Origin: Candidatus Saccharimonadota bacterium
GTDB taxonomy: Bacteria > Patescibacteriota > Saccharimonadia > Saccharimonadales > JAXHMH01
NCBI GenBank assembly: GCA_034521515.1
Contig: JAXHMH010000002.1
Span: forward strand, 437,761 to 501,760
DNA length: 64,000 nt
Reading direction: 5' to 3'
The notes beneath the pieces were generated by a model. That model was not told the DNA's origin. It ran no database searches and saw only the letters and a list, made by a program, of their open reading frames with translations. A program made the position numbers and the translations under genes. Shown piece by piece: positions 19,011-28,545 of this stretch (positions within the stretch are counted from its first letter, which is position 1; every line of letters starts with the position of its first letter).

Positions 19011-19679
19011 CTAAATTGCTTGTAGGAGGTCTGCTTCAAGTTTTGCAAGATCGGTGACAACAATTTGGCTGCGCTGTTTACGGAGTAAGCCGGATTTTTG
19101 AGCTTTTTGCAGTTCGCGGCTAATCGTCTCACGTGTGAGACCTACGCGAGCTGCTAGTTCGTCCTCGTTGATTGTGATTGAACATGATTTATCTGCTTGT
19201 GGGCTGCCGAAGCGCCGACATTCTGTAGCAAGTTCGTATAACAGCCGATTCCTCGCACTTCCAGACATCAGTTGCACCATTCTCCCTAGTAAACCGTCTA
19301 CTCCAATGTATACACGCGATAGCAGGTTAAACATAACGTCGGTGTTATTTTTTAAAAACGAAACTACGTCACTACGTGGTGCTATGTAAACTTGAATATC
19401 TTCTACTGCATCAAAAAAGAACTTATTAGGTACATCGGTTATTGCCCATATCATCGGAAAAAATGAGCCGGGTTTAAATACGTTAACAACTACTTCGTCG
19501 CCGCGATAAGAGATATCATACTGCCGGACAGTTCCTTTTTCCAGGTAGAATACATGTTGAGGTTGGTCGCCGTTATGTATGAGAACTTGTTTTTTGCTAT
19601 ACGAACGCATAGGGTATTGCTTGAAAAACGCTGCAACTTTTGTGTCAATTTTATTTACCGGCATGTCGACTCCTGTCAC
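19011..19679 (-). CDS. Crp/Fnr family transcriptional regulator
   Basis: It has a cNMP-binding beta-roll followed by a C-terminal HTH (GLTRETISRELQKAQKSGLL). The R-E-x-x-S-R recognition helix is present. Confidence 0.8.
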   Translation of the reverse strand: MTGVDMPVNKIDTKVAAFFKQYPMRSYSKKQVLIHNGDQPQHVFYLEKGTVRQYDISYRGDEVVVNVFKPGSFFPMIWAITDVPNKFFFDAVEDIQVYIAPRSDVVSFLKNNTDVMFNLLSRVYIGVDGLLGRMVQLMSGSARNRLLYELATECRRFGSPQADKSCSITINEDELAARVGLTRETISRELQKAQKSGLLRKQRSQIVVTDLAKLEADLLQAI

Positions 19680-19749
19680 ACTACTTCCATAGTATAACTT
19701 GATTAGCTAAGGTACGACAGTCTGGCAGCCAAAAACTAATATCTACTAA

Positions 19750-20952
19750 CTAAAAAATATTTAGCAGACGCCACCAAAACGAAGGGGGTTCAATAGGGTC
19801 GGTTGTGGTTATTGGTACGCTCGTGGTATCCGAACCGTGATCGACACTCAGCGTTCCGACTTCAGTCTGTGCCTGTACGCCCGGTTCAACTCGCTCGGCT
19901 TCTACTTGTGGTTGATATGCTTCGCCAACCCATGCGCCGACCATAATACCACCGTTTGTGACGAGTTCTACTTCTTCTGCCCAGGGGACTTCATAGCGGC
20001 CAACAACGGTTTCAGGTTCGACTACTTCTATAAAGCCAAGTCCTTTTTGCCCGGATTGTAATATTGATCGTGATTGATTAATAACAGTCTGGCGGTCTGG
20101 CTGGCCGAGTACCATGCCGATGATTGTCGTCGAGGCGGTTTCGGTCAGCGGGAAGTCAGCTGCAAATATCAAGTTTGAGCCAGCTTCATCGGTTGTGCCG
20201 GTTTTTACACCGACTACGTACTGGTCTAGCAACAACGGATTGGTGTTATAAATTGTTCCGACGGCTGGGTCGATTACAGTTGATGGTTTGCTAACTATTT
20301 CTGATAACACAGGGTCTTGCAGAACTCGTTCGGCGACAACCATCAGCTCGCGGGGCGTGCTAACAGACTCGGGTGAAAACCCGCTGGTATCAGCTATGGT
20401 GGTGTTTTCTAGACCCATATCAGCCGCCATGTCATTTACGTAACGTAAGAAGTTTTCTTCCGAGCCAAACGCCCAACGTGACAGGCTATCGGCCAAATTA
20501 TTTGCGGACGGGATAAGTAGGGCATGCATTGCTTCGGCTTGGGTTAAGCTATCCCCAGCATTGATCGGATATGCAGAACCTTCTCGTGCAATATAGTCAG
20601 TGTATAGTTGTTGATCGGCCTGCCCAAAGGTAATAGTTTCGCCGTCTTGGCCTTGCTCAAACGGCTTTTGCTCCATTATGGCGAGAGCGGTAAACAGCTT
20701 TGTAATGCTGGCGATCGGAACAACTTCATCAGCATTGCCGGAATCATCGAGTAGACCATAGCCAACCGCGCCAATAGTTGCGACACCTTCATCTGGCCAT
20801 GGTACAGAAACCACGGCTGGCTCACTGGCTGGCAAGTTATTGTAGGTTGCCTCCAGGGTGGGCATTGATTGAAAAAACAATACATACACAACGGCCGTTG
20901 TTGGCAACAGTACAATAATGCTCAGTGCTACGCGTAGGGCAATTTTCTTCAT
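19750..20952 (-). CDS. dacA: D-alanyl-D-alanine carboxypeptidase (peptidase S11, PBP5/6-like) with C-terminal extension
   Basis: N-terminal signal/TM sequence. The catalytic motifs are SITK (SxxK), SAN (SxN) and KTG. Confidence 0.8.
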   Translation of the reverse strand: MKKIALRVALSIIVLLPTTAVVYVLFFQSMPTLEATYNNLPASEPAVVSVPWPDEGVATIGAVGYGLLDDSGNADEVVPIASITKLFTALAIMEQKPFEQGQDGETITFGQADQQLYTDYIAREGSAYPINAGDSLTQAEAMHALLIPSANNLADSLSRWAFGSEENFLRYVNDMAADMGLENTTIADTSGFSPESVSTPRELMVVAERVLQDPVLSEIVSKPSTVIDPAVGTIYNTNPLLLDQYVVGVKTGTTDEAGSNLIFAADFPLTETASTTIIGMVLGQPDRQTVINQSRSILQSGQKGLGFIEVVEPETVVGRYEVPWAEEVELVTNGGIMVGAWVGEAYQPQVEAERVEPGVQAQTEVGTLSVDHGSDTTSVPITTTDPIEPPSFWWRLLNIF

Positions 20953-21041
20953 TGCGCCACGGTTAAAAGTATCAAATCTATCATATGCTAGATAGCATGA
21001 TAGCGTAGTTGCTACCCGCTGTCTAACCTACTTTTAGTAAC

Positions 21042-21608
21042 CTATTTATCTTCGCGGCCTTTGATAGCTGACTCAATCACATCTTTTGGTAGAGCGGCTG
21101 TTGAGAGCAGTGCATCACGTACCGTATCTACGGCTCCACCGCCGACTTCAGTTGCTGCATCAAGTGCACCGCCTACTGCTGATTTTGCAGCTTCAGAAGT
21201 GTCTGCACCTACATCTCCAGCTGATTTTATGGCTCCCTGTACGGCTGATACGGCTGCAGAGCCGACATCACCACCGGTTTCGGCAGTTGCCTGAACAATT
21301 CCTTGCGCACCGCCACGAACAGCCTCGATAACATCGCCTCCAACTTGGCTAGCGCCATTTATGACACCACTCATGGTGTTAAATGCGGTATCGGTTAGCG
21401 AAGTTCCGACTTGTCCGGCACCCCGGACTGCACCGCTGGCTACCGAAGCGATTGCCTCGACGCCGCTACCGGCAACTTCTCCGGTTCCTTTTAATACGTT
21501 AACGACTTGATCTTTGACGGTTCCGGTAATTGCGTCAAGGATATTGTCTACACCCTTAACAGCAGCGGATACCGCGTCGGTTGTTTCGGTAATAATTTTT
21601 GATAACAT
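21042..21608 (-). CDS. Ala/Gly/Val-rich protein built from about fifteen 11-residue repeats (amphipathic-helix repeat protein)
   Basis: Tiling the 188-aa translation shows 11-mer periodicity (..VxxAxxGAxx.. with D/E/K). There is no TM helix. Confidence 0.45.
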   Translation of the reverse strand: MLSKIITETTDAVSAAVKGVDNILDAITGTVKDQVVNVLKGTGEVAGSGVEAIASVASGAVRGAGQVGTSLTDTAFNTMSGVINGASQVGGDVIEAVRGGAQGIVQATAETGGDVGSAAVSAVQGAIKSAGDVGADTSEAAKSAVGGALDAATEVGGGAVDTVRDALLSTAALPKDVIESAIKGREDK

Positions 21609-21705
21609 GAGCTCCTCCTTAATTAGTTTGCTCTGTATATAAGCTTAACATGTATTTTGATACTTGTTAAGCCGTAACCCCTGTCAGTTAGGAGCCCGGG
21701 GCGGA

Positions 21706-22299
21706 TTATTTAAGCGATTGCCATAAGTGTAAACTGGCAATCGTACGGTAGGGTGCCCAGTTTTCAGCGATTGCAGTAAGCTCTTTTTTGGGAGGTACTT
21801 TATCCCAACCGTAGAGCTTTTTCATGGCGTTTTGTAGCCCTAAGTCATCCGGTGCAAACACGTCCGCTCGACCAAGTGTAAATATTAAGAACATCTGTGC
21901 TGTCCAGACACCGATACCTTTAATTTCTGTCAGTTCAGTAATAACTTGTTCATCAGTTCGCTGACCTAGATGATTATATACATCTGGATTGTTGGCGAAG
22001 TGCGCGGCAAGGTCGCGTATGTAGCCAACTTTTTGTTTAGATAAACCTATGGCGCGAATCTCTTCATCGCTAAGCTGCAAGACTTTTGCGGGTTTTATGC
22101 CGGTGGCGGCCAACAGACGACCGAATATGGCTGTAGCTGCCGCTACAGAAACTTGCTGCCCAACAATGCTACGACAAAGTGAGGTAAAGTAGTCTTTTCT
22201 TGGTGCGCGCAAGTTTAAGGTCTGTGACTTGATGAGCTCGCCAAGCACAGGGTCTTGTTTAATCAAGATAGGTTCAGCCGTTTTTAGTAATTGTTCCAT
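21706..22299 (-). CDS. HhH-GPD DNA glycosylase (3-methyladenine DNA glycosylase II / AlkA-like)
   Basis: The helix-hairpin-helix motif is IKGIGVWTAQMFLIF and the conserved Asp sits in GRADVFAPDDLGL. Confidence 0.75.
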   Translation of the reverse strand: MEQLLKTAEPILIKQDPVLGELIKSQTLNLRAPRKDYFTSLCRSIVGQQVSVAAATAIFGRLLAATGIKPAKVLQLSDEEIRAIGLSKQKVGYIRDLAAHFANNPDVYNHLGQRTDEQVITELTEIKGIGVWTAQMFLIFTLGRADVFAPDDLGLQNAMKKLYGWDKVPPKKELTAIAENWAPYRTIASLHLWQSLK

Positions 22300-22326
22300 A
22301 CCAAATCATCATAACAGAAGTAGGTA

Positions 22327-24378
22327 CTACAGCTGGAGACGGCGGAGGAACTGCGCATTCACAGCGACAATAATTGTCGATAGTGACATTAGTACAGCTC
22401 CGATAGCCGGCGAAAGCACAAAACCGAGCGAGGCGGTTACGCCGGCTGCAAGCGGGATTGCTACGGCGTTGTAGCCTGTAGCCCAAACCAGGTTTTGTAC
22501 CATCTTGCGATAGGTGGCCTTAGATAAGGTAACGACTTTTGTTACACCGCGCGGATCGCTGCTGGCCAGCACGATTCCGGCTGATTCAATGGCAACATCC
22601 GTGCCTGCTCCAATCGCTATACCCACGTCTGCCTGTGTTAGAGCGGGCGCGTCATTGACACCATCACCAACCATAGCTACTTTATCGCCATTAGCCTGCA
22701 GCTTCTTGACGACGTCCGCTTTATGCTGAGGCAATACTTCGGCAAAGTACTCGTCGACACCCAGCTCATTAGACACCCAGGCCGCAACGCCGTCAGAATC
22801 TCCGGTTATAATTGCAACCCGTTTACCAGCGCGCTGTAAGTCAGCTACTGACTGTTTGGATTCCGGTCGGATGACATCGGCGAGTGTAATAGCTCCGATT
22901 ACTTTATTGTCGCGCAGTACGTACACGACGGTTTTCCCGTTTTTGGCGGCGGTAGCAGCAGCCTCTTTTAGGTAGTCGGGGATTGTAACACTTTGTTTGG
23001 TTAGCAGTTGTGAGCCGCCTACATGAACTGTCTTTCCGGCAATGCTGGCCTGGGCACCACGTCCCGCAAGAGCCTTGAAATTTTTGGCTGCTTTAATCTG
23101 TATGTTTTTGTCCTTGGCGTAGGTCACGATTGCCCGAGCAATCGGGTGTTCTGATTCATTTTCAACTGCCGCCGCGGTGGTAAGCAACGCAGTCTCGTCC
23201 TCTTTCGTTATAACGTCGATAACGCCCTGTTTACCGGTGGTAAGTGTGCCGGTTTTATCAAACAGCACGACGTCGAGGTTCCGAGCAGACTCTAGCGCCA
23301 GGCGCTCGCGGATAAGCAAGCCGCTGTTAGCAGCCTTGGTGGTTGAAATAGCTGTCACCAGTGGAATAGCCAAGCCAAGCGCGTGCGGACAGGCAATTAT
23401 AAGTACCGTTACGACCCGCTGGATGACAAATGCGCCTGATTGATCGCTAAACACCCCCCAGCCCATTGCAGTAAGCAGCGCTGCACCTAGTGCGACAAAA
23501 GTAAGATAAAAAGCGGCTTTATCTGCTAGAACCTGTGTTTTTGATTTACTGCTTTGTGCCTCGCTAACGAGCTTCATTATGCCCGCCAGTGCGGTGTCGT
23601 CGCCTAGTTTAGTTACTTTAATCGTGAGCGAGCCGCTGTCGTTGACAGTTCCGGCTATTACTCCAGACCCGATGTCCTTTTTGACTGGCTTTGACTCCCC
23701 AGTGAGCATTGCTTCATTCACGTCAGATTGTCCTTTTGTGACCGTACCATCGACTGGAACGTTTGATCCGGGGCGTACCAGTACTTTATCACCGACTCTC
23801 AGCTCGCTAATCGGTATAGTTTTCGTGCCTGCATTGGTGAGAACTTCGGCTTCATCTGGTAATAATTTTGCAAGTTCTTGCAGTGCGCCCTGAGCGTTCA
23901 TAACAGAGGCCATCTCTAACCAGTGACCTAGCAACATAATTGTTATAAGTGTTGCTAGTTCCCACCAGAAATCCACGCCCGCAAGTAGGTTCAAAGAAAC
24001 GGCCAAACTGTACGCAAAGGCTACAGTTATCGCAAGTGAAATAAGAGTCATCATGCCGGGCTGGCGGTTTTTTATTTCTGAGCGGGCACTTTTTAAAAAC
24101 ACTAAGCCACCGTAGAAAAATATAAAGGTGCCTATAACAGGCGATATCAAGGTACTGCCCGTAAACATCGGCAAGTTATAGCCAAGCCACTCCATAATAA
24201 ATGGGGAGTAGGCGACGACTATCAAGCTTAGCAGTAAACTCAACCAGAACTTTTTCTTGAACATATCGGGATTATGACCGGCATGCTTGTCGTGATCGTG
24301 TGAGTCGTTACCTTCTTGATGTGACGGTTTTTGTGGTTTTGGAGTGCTATTTGTATCGCAACAGCTGTGGTCTTGCAT
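22327..24378 (-). CDS. copB: Copper-translocating P1B-type ATPase, CopB-like (His-rich N-terminus, CPH motif)
   Basis: The motifs TGES, CPH in TM6, DKTGTLT and [10 protein letters not shown] are all present. The N-terminus is His-rich ([10 protein letters not shown]) and there is no HMA domain. Confidence 0.9.
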   Translation of the reverse strand: MQDHSCCDTNSTPKPQKPSHQEGNDSHDHDKHAGHNPDMFKKKFWLSLLLSLIVVAYSPFIMEWLGYNLPMFTGSTLISPVIGTFIFFYGGLVFLKSARSEIKNRQPGMMTLISLAITVAFAYSLAVSLNLLAGVDFWWELATLITIMLLGHWLEMASVMNAQGALQELAKLLPDEAEVLTNAGTKTIPISELRVGDKVLVRPGSNVPVDGTVTKGQSDVNEAMLTGESKPVKKDIGSGVIAGTVNDSGSLTIKVTKLGDDTALAGIMKLVSEAQSSKSKTQVLADKAAFYLTFVALGAALLTAMGWGVFSDQSGAFVIQRVVTVLIIACPHALGLAIPLVTAISTTKAANSGLLIRERLALESARNLDVVLFDKTGTLTTGKQGVIDVITKEDETALLTTAAAVENESEHPIARAIVTYAKDKNIQIKAAKNFKALAGRGAQASIAGKTVHVGGSQLLTKQSVTIPDYLKEAAATAAKNGKTVVYVLRDNKVIGAITLADVIRPESKQSVADLQRAGKRVAIITGDSDGVAAWVSNELGVDEYFAEVLPQHKADVVKKLQANGDKVAMVGDGVNDAPALTQADVGIAIGAGTDVAIESAGIVLASSDPRGVTKVVTLSKATYRKMVQNLVWATGYNAVAIPLAAGVTASLGFVLSPAIGAVLMSLSTIIVAVNAQFLRRLQL

Positions 24379-24379
24379 G

Positions 24380-24880
24380 TTAGGCTCCTCTGGACGTTTT
24401 ATGTTTTATGTATTGCTTGGGGTTCTTCTCGAAGGTGTGCTTACAGCCACTGGCGCAGAAAAAGTAAGTATCTTTACCGTGAGTTACTTGTTCTGAAGCC
24501 TCGGTCACACCCATGCGCATACCGCAGACCGGATCTTGCACCAGAGGATATAGCGATTCAAGATCAGTATCCTGGAAGCTAAGATTAGATAACTTGTTTT
24601 GGTTAGCCAAGAATTTACGGATGAGGCTGCAAGCTTCGGCTATGCGCTCATCTTTAAGGGAGTAGTATACGGAAGTTCCGGTTTTCCGTGTGGATACAAT
24701 GCCTACTTGTCTGAGCAAGCTCAGGTGCTGTGAAACGTTGGATTGGGATATACCAAGCATACTAACCATCTCAGATACTGACATTTCTTTGTGGGTAAGG
24801 AGTTGAATTATCTCTAGGCGCTTTTGATTGGCAATAACCTTAAAGACGTCCTCTTGGAGTTCAAACAATTTTTCGTACAT
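24380..24880 (-). CDS. ArsR/SmtB-family metalloregulator fused to a C-terminal YHS/TRASH metal-binding domain
   Basis: The winged HTH is MSVSEMVSMLGISQSNVSQHLSLLRQVGIV. The C-terminal domain CGMRMGV...YFFCASGCKHTFEKNP is YHS/TRASH-like. The stop lies 2 nt from the copB start. Confidence 0.75.
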   Translation of the reverse strand: MYEKLFELQEDVFKVIANQKRLEIIQLLTHKEMSVSEMVSMLGISQSNVSQHLSLLRQVGIVSTRKTGTSVYYSLKDERIAEACSLIRKFLANQNKLSNLSFQDTDLESLYPLVQDPVCGMRMGVTEASEQVTHGKDTYFFCASGCKHTFEKNPKQYIKHKTSRGA

Positions 24881-24895
24881 GGAAAAAGCTTAACA

Positions 24896-24929
24896 TATAT
24901 ATTCAAGTATTAGAATACTTGAATATATA
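24896..24929. promoter_or_regulatory. 34-bp perfect palindrome TATATATTCAAGTATT-AG-AATACTTGAATATATA (candidate ArsR-type operator)
   Basis: Read from the sequence. It lies 16 nt upstream of the metalloregulator start codon and has 16-bp arms with a 2-bp spacer. Confidence 0.65.
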
Positions 24930-24985
24930 GTATTCTATACTAACCTCTCTAAAGATAAGTTGCGAAACGAGTATGTTTGGTAGTT

Positions 24986-25372
24986 TTAGCCTAAGTAAGC
25001 GTCGGTTACGATGCCATCCACGATAGTAAAGTTTACTCGGCTGGGGTTGTAATCCATAGTAACCGGGAACCTTTCACCGTCCCGTGCAACAATACGATAA
25101 GTGTACCCATCTTGTTCGGCTCGCGATATAGCCTCTTCTTCACTAAGCCCAATGTAGGCATTGACTCTGTCTTGGTCTTCGCCGTTAGGCTCAGATGGAT
25201 TCGGTACTTCCTGGTTGGTGTCTGGCGATGACGTGTTATCATTTTCCGGTGCCTGCGCAGGTTTGGTAAGCAGAAACACGATTATTAAAGATAATATTAA
25301 TACCGTTACGCCAAGCAAAACAGACAGTAGCTTGTAGTTTTTGAGTTGTTTATGATGTTCCACGCGCTTCAT
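24986..25372 (-). CDS. Hypothetical protein with N-terminal TM anchor
   Basis: 128-aa ORF. Confidence 0.4.
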   Translation of the reverse strand: MKRVEHHKQLKNYKLLSVLLGVTVLILSLIIVFLLTKPAQAPENDNTSSPDTNQEVPNPSEPNGEDQDRVNAYIGLSEEEAISRAEQDGYTYRIVARDGERFPVTMDYNPSRVNFTIVDGIVTDAYLG

Positions 25373-25411
25373 TATTACACAAAAGCGTATATTTTCTGTA
25401 GTGAAATTAGG

Positions 25412-25786
25412 CTAGTCTCTTAGGCTTGCCGTCGGCCAAACAATTTCTTCAACCTCGCTTGATGTATAGGTTTTTTGCGTTGGATATTGTTTGTAGGCTG
25501 CTTGAACATCTATTGGGACTGTTTCGTCAGGCGTGTTGGGGTCACTGCCGCATTGTTCACTGTAGTGATTTTTAAACCTTACAATTCGGTCTCCTTCATT
25601 AGTAAGGTCTACAGCTGGATCAGGCTCTACCATTAAGAGGGCAAGCTTAGGTCCTTGGCACTTTTCCCGTGCCGTGTCTGGCCAGGCAACAATCTTAAGA
25701 GCAAGTCCGACAATGTTTCCAATGGCTTTTGATATTCCTCTACGGTTTGGGCAGTCCCAGCAAAGTCTTTCAGGGCTTCCGGGCAT
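25412..25786 (-). CDS. Hypothetical protein
   Basis: 124-aa ORF, Cys-containing. Confidence 0.4.
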   Translation of the reverse strand: MPGSPERLCWDCPNRRGISKAIGNIVGLALKIVAWPDTAREKCQGPKLALLMVEPDPAVDLTNEGDRIVRFKNHYSEQCGSDPNTPDETVPIDVQAAYKQYPTQKTYTSSEVEEIVWPTASLRD

Positions 25787-25873
25787 CTTGTTCTCCAGTT
25801 AACTTATTATATAAAAGCTTGTTTGGGCACAAAACTCAAGCTTGAGCGGCTTGTAAAGTTACGTAACAAACCA

Positions 25874-26878
25874 TCACGTAAATAATAAATTACTGGCAGC
25901 TGTTAGGGCAGCAAATTGCTCGGGGTCAGAGCGACGATGGCCGGCGTTTACCATCTGTAGGGTCATATTTTTACCGTATGCTTTTGCTAGTTTATGGGCG
26001 GTTACTGGTGGAGTGCAATTATCAAATCTACCTTGCACTACATATAGTGGCAGGTGTTTGATTTTATCTACGTTATCTAGGATGTAATTTTCTGGCATAA
26101 AACAGTCGTTCAAAAAATAGTGCGCCTCAATTTTAGCCAACGGCAGGTTGTTTTCGTCACCGAGTACATCTTGTTCTAACTTTTTAAGATTGTAGCCAAC
26201 ACTCATGTTGGAAAGTTCCCACAGTGTCCACTCGTCGGCGTATTTTTGAGCAGTTTTCTTATCCTTAGACTCGAATTGTTGAGCATAGTACTTGGTGATT
26301 GCTTCGCCATTTTTTCGCCATTTTTCTGGCACATGAGAAATAAAACGCTCCCAGGCCTCAGGATAGGTGTAGCGAGCGTGACCTTCGGAAATAAGACTCG
26401 TCTCAAATTTGCTGCCAAGATAAATCCCCCAAGCAAGCATGGCCTTAACTCGGCTTGGGTAGGCAATGGCGTAGGCTAGCACCATGGTTGAGCCCCAAGA
26501 GCCGCCGACGAGATGCATTTGCTCTATCCCAAGATGTTTTCGTAATTTTTCGGTATCTTCTACTAACTTTTGAGTGGTGTTTTGCTTTAGGCTTGCAAAC
26601 GGCGTACTTTTGCCCGACCCACGCTGGTCAAAAAATATCACCCGGTGCTTTTTTGGATCAAACATCAGTTTATTGCTATCGCTAAAGCCTCCGCCCGGCC
26701 CGCCATGGAAATGCATGACAGGGAAGCCGCTTGGGTTGCCCCAATCCTCCCAATACAACTTGTGCCCGTCGCCAACATCCAAGTGCCCAGACTTTCTTAC
26801 GTGCAGATCAATAGCTTTACTCACAGTTCCACACGCTTTCTGGATTGCTGCTTTTTCTTCCAGACTTCTTCTGGCCAC
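25874..26878 (-). CDS. pip: Proline iminopeptidase (prolyl aminopeptidase, S33 alpha/beta hydrolase)
   Basis: Carries HGGPGGG, the nucleophile elbow GGSWGSTMVLAYA and a C-terminal GHRRSD/His. The annotated start overlaps the upstream gene by 58 nt, so the real start is probably downstream or uses GTG. Confidence 0.8.
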   Translation of the reverse strand: MARRSLEEKAAIQKACGTVSKAIDLHVRKSGHLDVGDGHKLYWEDWGNPSGFPVMHFHGGPGGGFSDSNKLMFDPKKHRVIFFDQRGSGKSTPFASLKQNTTQKLVEDTEKLRKHLGIEQMHLVGGSWGSTMVLAYAIAYPSRVKAMLAWGIYLGSKFETSLISEGHARYTYPEAWERFISHVPEKWRKNGEAITKYYAQQFESKDKKTAQKYADEWTLWELSNMSVGYNLKKLEQDVLGDENNLPLAKIEAHYFLNDCFMPENYILDNVDKIKHLPLYVVQGRFDNCTPPVTAHKLAKAYGKNMTLQMVNAGHRRSDPEQFAALTAASNLLFT

Positions 26879-28218
26879 AGGGTAGAACCCGTATGATTTA
26901 CGGATTTAATCTTGTTATTATCGAAATTAAAGACAACAAGCTCGTCTTCCGAGCTGAAGCTACTAGCATTAGTAACTCTGAGTGTTTTACCGTCTACGTA
27001 CTCTAGCTCTTCTAGGCTTGAAAACGGTTGCCATGCACCCGGGTGTATAGAAACAAGCTTATCGCCAACAGCGACCATTTCGCTAACACCCCACAGTCCG
27101 GCAAATCGACCTTCAAACTTGGCAAGATCATGCTTTGGTTTAGAGCTAGTCATGTTGTCGTTGAAGTAATCAAAAATCCCGTATATACCTTTGGCGGTGT
27201 TCTCGGCAGGCCCACCAATGCAATTAGTTAGCACCACAACAACAAGCTCGTCTTTTGGATCGGCAACAGTCATAGTTATTTGACCCGGAAAACCGCCACC
27301 ATGACCGACGGTAGTGCGTTTTTTTAAATTCTCGATCACGAGTCCCAGACCATAATCTTCGTCATTTTCTTGGCCAGGCGTTTTGGCGTGGAAATGAACC
27401 CGCTGCATCTCTTTCTTGGATTCGTCATCTAAAAGTTGACCAGAACCGACGAAGTGGGCAGTAAAGTACGCACACAAATCATCAGCCGTGGCGTAAAAAC
27501 CGGTTGCTGGAGCCATGGCTTGAGTTTCAGTATGAGCGATGGGCAGCCGTTTCTTATCCGCTTCGCGGCGGCTGTATCCGGTAACGAGTCTGTCATCAAG
27601 CTCCGGAGTGTACTCCGGCCCAGTGTTTTTCAGACCGAGTGGCTTGACGATGTGTTTGGTAACGTATTTGTTATACGAAATACCGGCAACCGCCTCGATT
27701 AACAGGCCGAGTAGCGAGTAGCCGTAGTTGGAATACTTCATCTTAATGTTGTTGTCGATAACGAGACTAGCATCCATAATTTCCTTCTTAAGTTGTGCTT
27801 TATCTGGGAACGGACGTTCTAGCTGCCAATAATCAGCCTTATTGCCATCGCGGACTATTCCAGCACCATGCGACATAATTTGACGTATAGTTATCTTTTG
27901 CCATCGTTTGTCTTTGTGGCTCTTAAGCCACGGCAAGAAGTCAGTCACATAATCATCAATGCGTAGTTTCCCTTGCTCCTGGAGCTGCATAAGCGCTGTT
28001 GAGGTAAAAGACTTGGAGTGTGAAGCTATACGGAAAATGTGATTGCTGGTCATCTTGGTATTATTCTCTAGGTCGGCAAAACCATAGGCCTCGTTCATGA
28101 CAATTTTGCCTTTGTGCGATATGGCAACTACAAAGCCAGGAGTTTCCTCGTGCTCGTAGCGGTAGGCCAACCAGGACTTAATGAATGTAACCGATTTATC
28201 TAAGGCTTCTTGTTTCAT
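26821..28218 (-). CDS. Serine hydrolase of the beta-lactamase/PBP4* family (class-C-like fold) with C-terminal extension
   Basis: The catalytic motifs are SHSK (SxxK), YSN (YxN) and HGG. The protein is 465 aa. Confidence 0.75.
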   Translation of the reverse strand: MKQEALDKSVTFIKSWLAYRYEHEETPGFVVAISHKGKIVMNEAYGFADLENNTKMTSNHIFRIASHSKSFTSTALMQLQEQGKLRIDDYVTDFLPWLKSHKDKRWQKITIRQIMSHGAGIVRDGNKADYWQLERPFPDKAQLKKEIMDASLVIDNNIKMKYSNYGYSLLGLLIEAVAGISYNKYVTKHIVKPLGLKNTGPEYTPELDDRLVTGYSRREADKKRLPIAHTETQAMAPATGFYATADDLCAYFTAHFVGSGQLLDDESKKEMQRVHFHAKTPGQENDEDYGLGLVIENLKKRTTVGHGGGFPGQITMTVADPKDELVVVVLTNCIGGPAENTAKGIYGIFDYFNDNMTSSKPKHDLAKFEGRFAGLWGVSEMVAVGDKLVSIHPGAWQPFSSLEELEYVDGKTLRVTNASSFSSEDELVVFNFDNNKIKSVNHTGSTLWPEEVWKKKQQSRKRVEL

Positions 28219-28284
28219 TATATTTATAATAACAGATACGGAATATACATAGTATCTAACATAAGTATTGTTGAAATTATTAGA

Positions 28285-28304
28285 AATATGATTTAAATCA
28301 TATT
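28285..28304. promoter_or_regulatory. 20-bp perfect palindrome AATATGATTT|AAATCATATT (second copy of the 10428 motif)
   Basis: It lies in the divergent promoter region between the beta-lactamase-family gene (-) and the AbrB-like ORF (+). The sequence continues CATATCATATTTACA, as at locus 1. Confidence 0.6.
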
Positions 28305-28367
28305 CATATCATATTTACATTTGTTAATATGAAGATAGGGTAAATTAAATATAAAAAGGAAGTTTAT

Positions 28368-28544
28368 ATGGGTGTACGTACAAGTGAAGAGCAACATATC
28401 CGGAGCATCATGCAAAATAACAGCGGGTCGTATACGGTTTCCTTGCCAATCGCCATGGTTCGGAAATTGCGGTGGCAGCGGCGGCAAAAAGTCACCGTCA
28501 CCCTAAAAGGCGACAAACTGGTTATTGAAGACTGGAAAGATTGA
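28368..28544 (+). CDS. AbrB/MazE/SpoVT-family small DNA-binding protein (58 aa; absent from the ORF track because it is under 60 aa)
   Basis: AAAAGGAAG lies 8 nt upstream of the ATG. The translation MGVRTSEEQHIRSIMQNNSGSYTVSLPIAMVRKLRWQRRQKVTVTLKGDKLVIEDWKD has a looped-hinge swapped-hairpin signature (VSLPIAMVRKL...VTLKGDKLVIE). Confidence 0.5.
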   Translation: MGVRTSEEQHIRSIMQNNSGSYTVSLPIAMVRKLRWQRRQKVTVTLKGDKLVIEDWKD

Positions 28545-28545
28545 A

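Noticed and set aside
26821-26878. 58-nt same-strand overlap between the beta-lactamase-family gene and pip, read as a possible programmed frameshift or fusion
   Set aside because: It is more simply explained by an over-extended pip start. A GTG or downstream start removes the overlap, and there is no slippery sequence.
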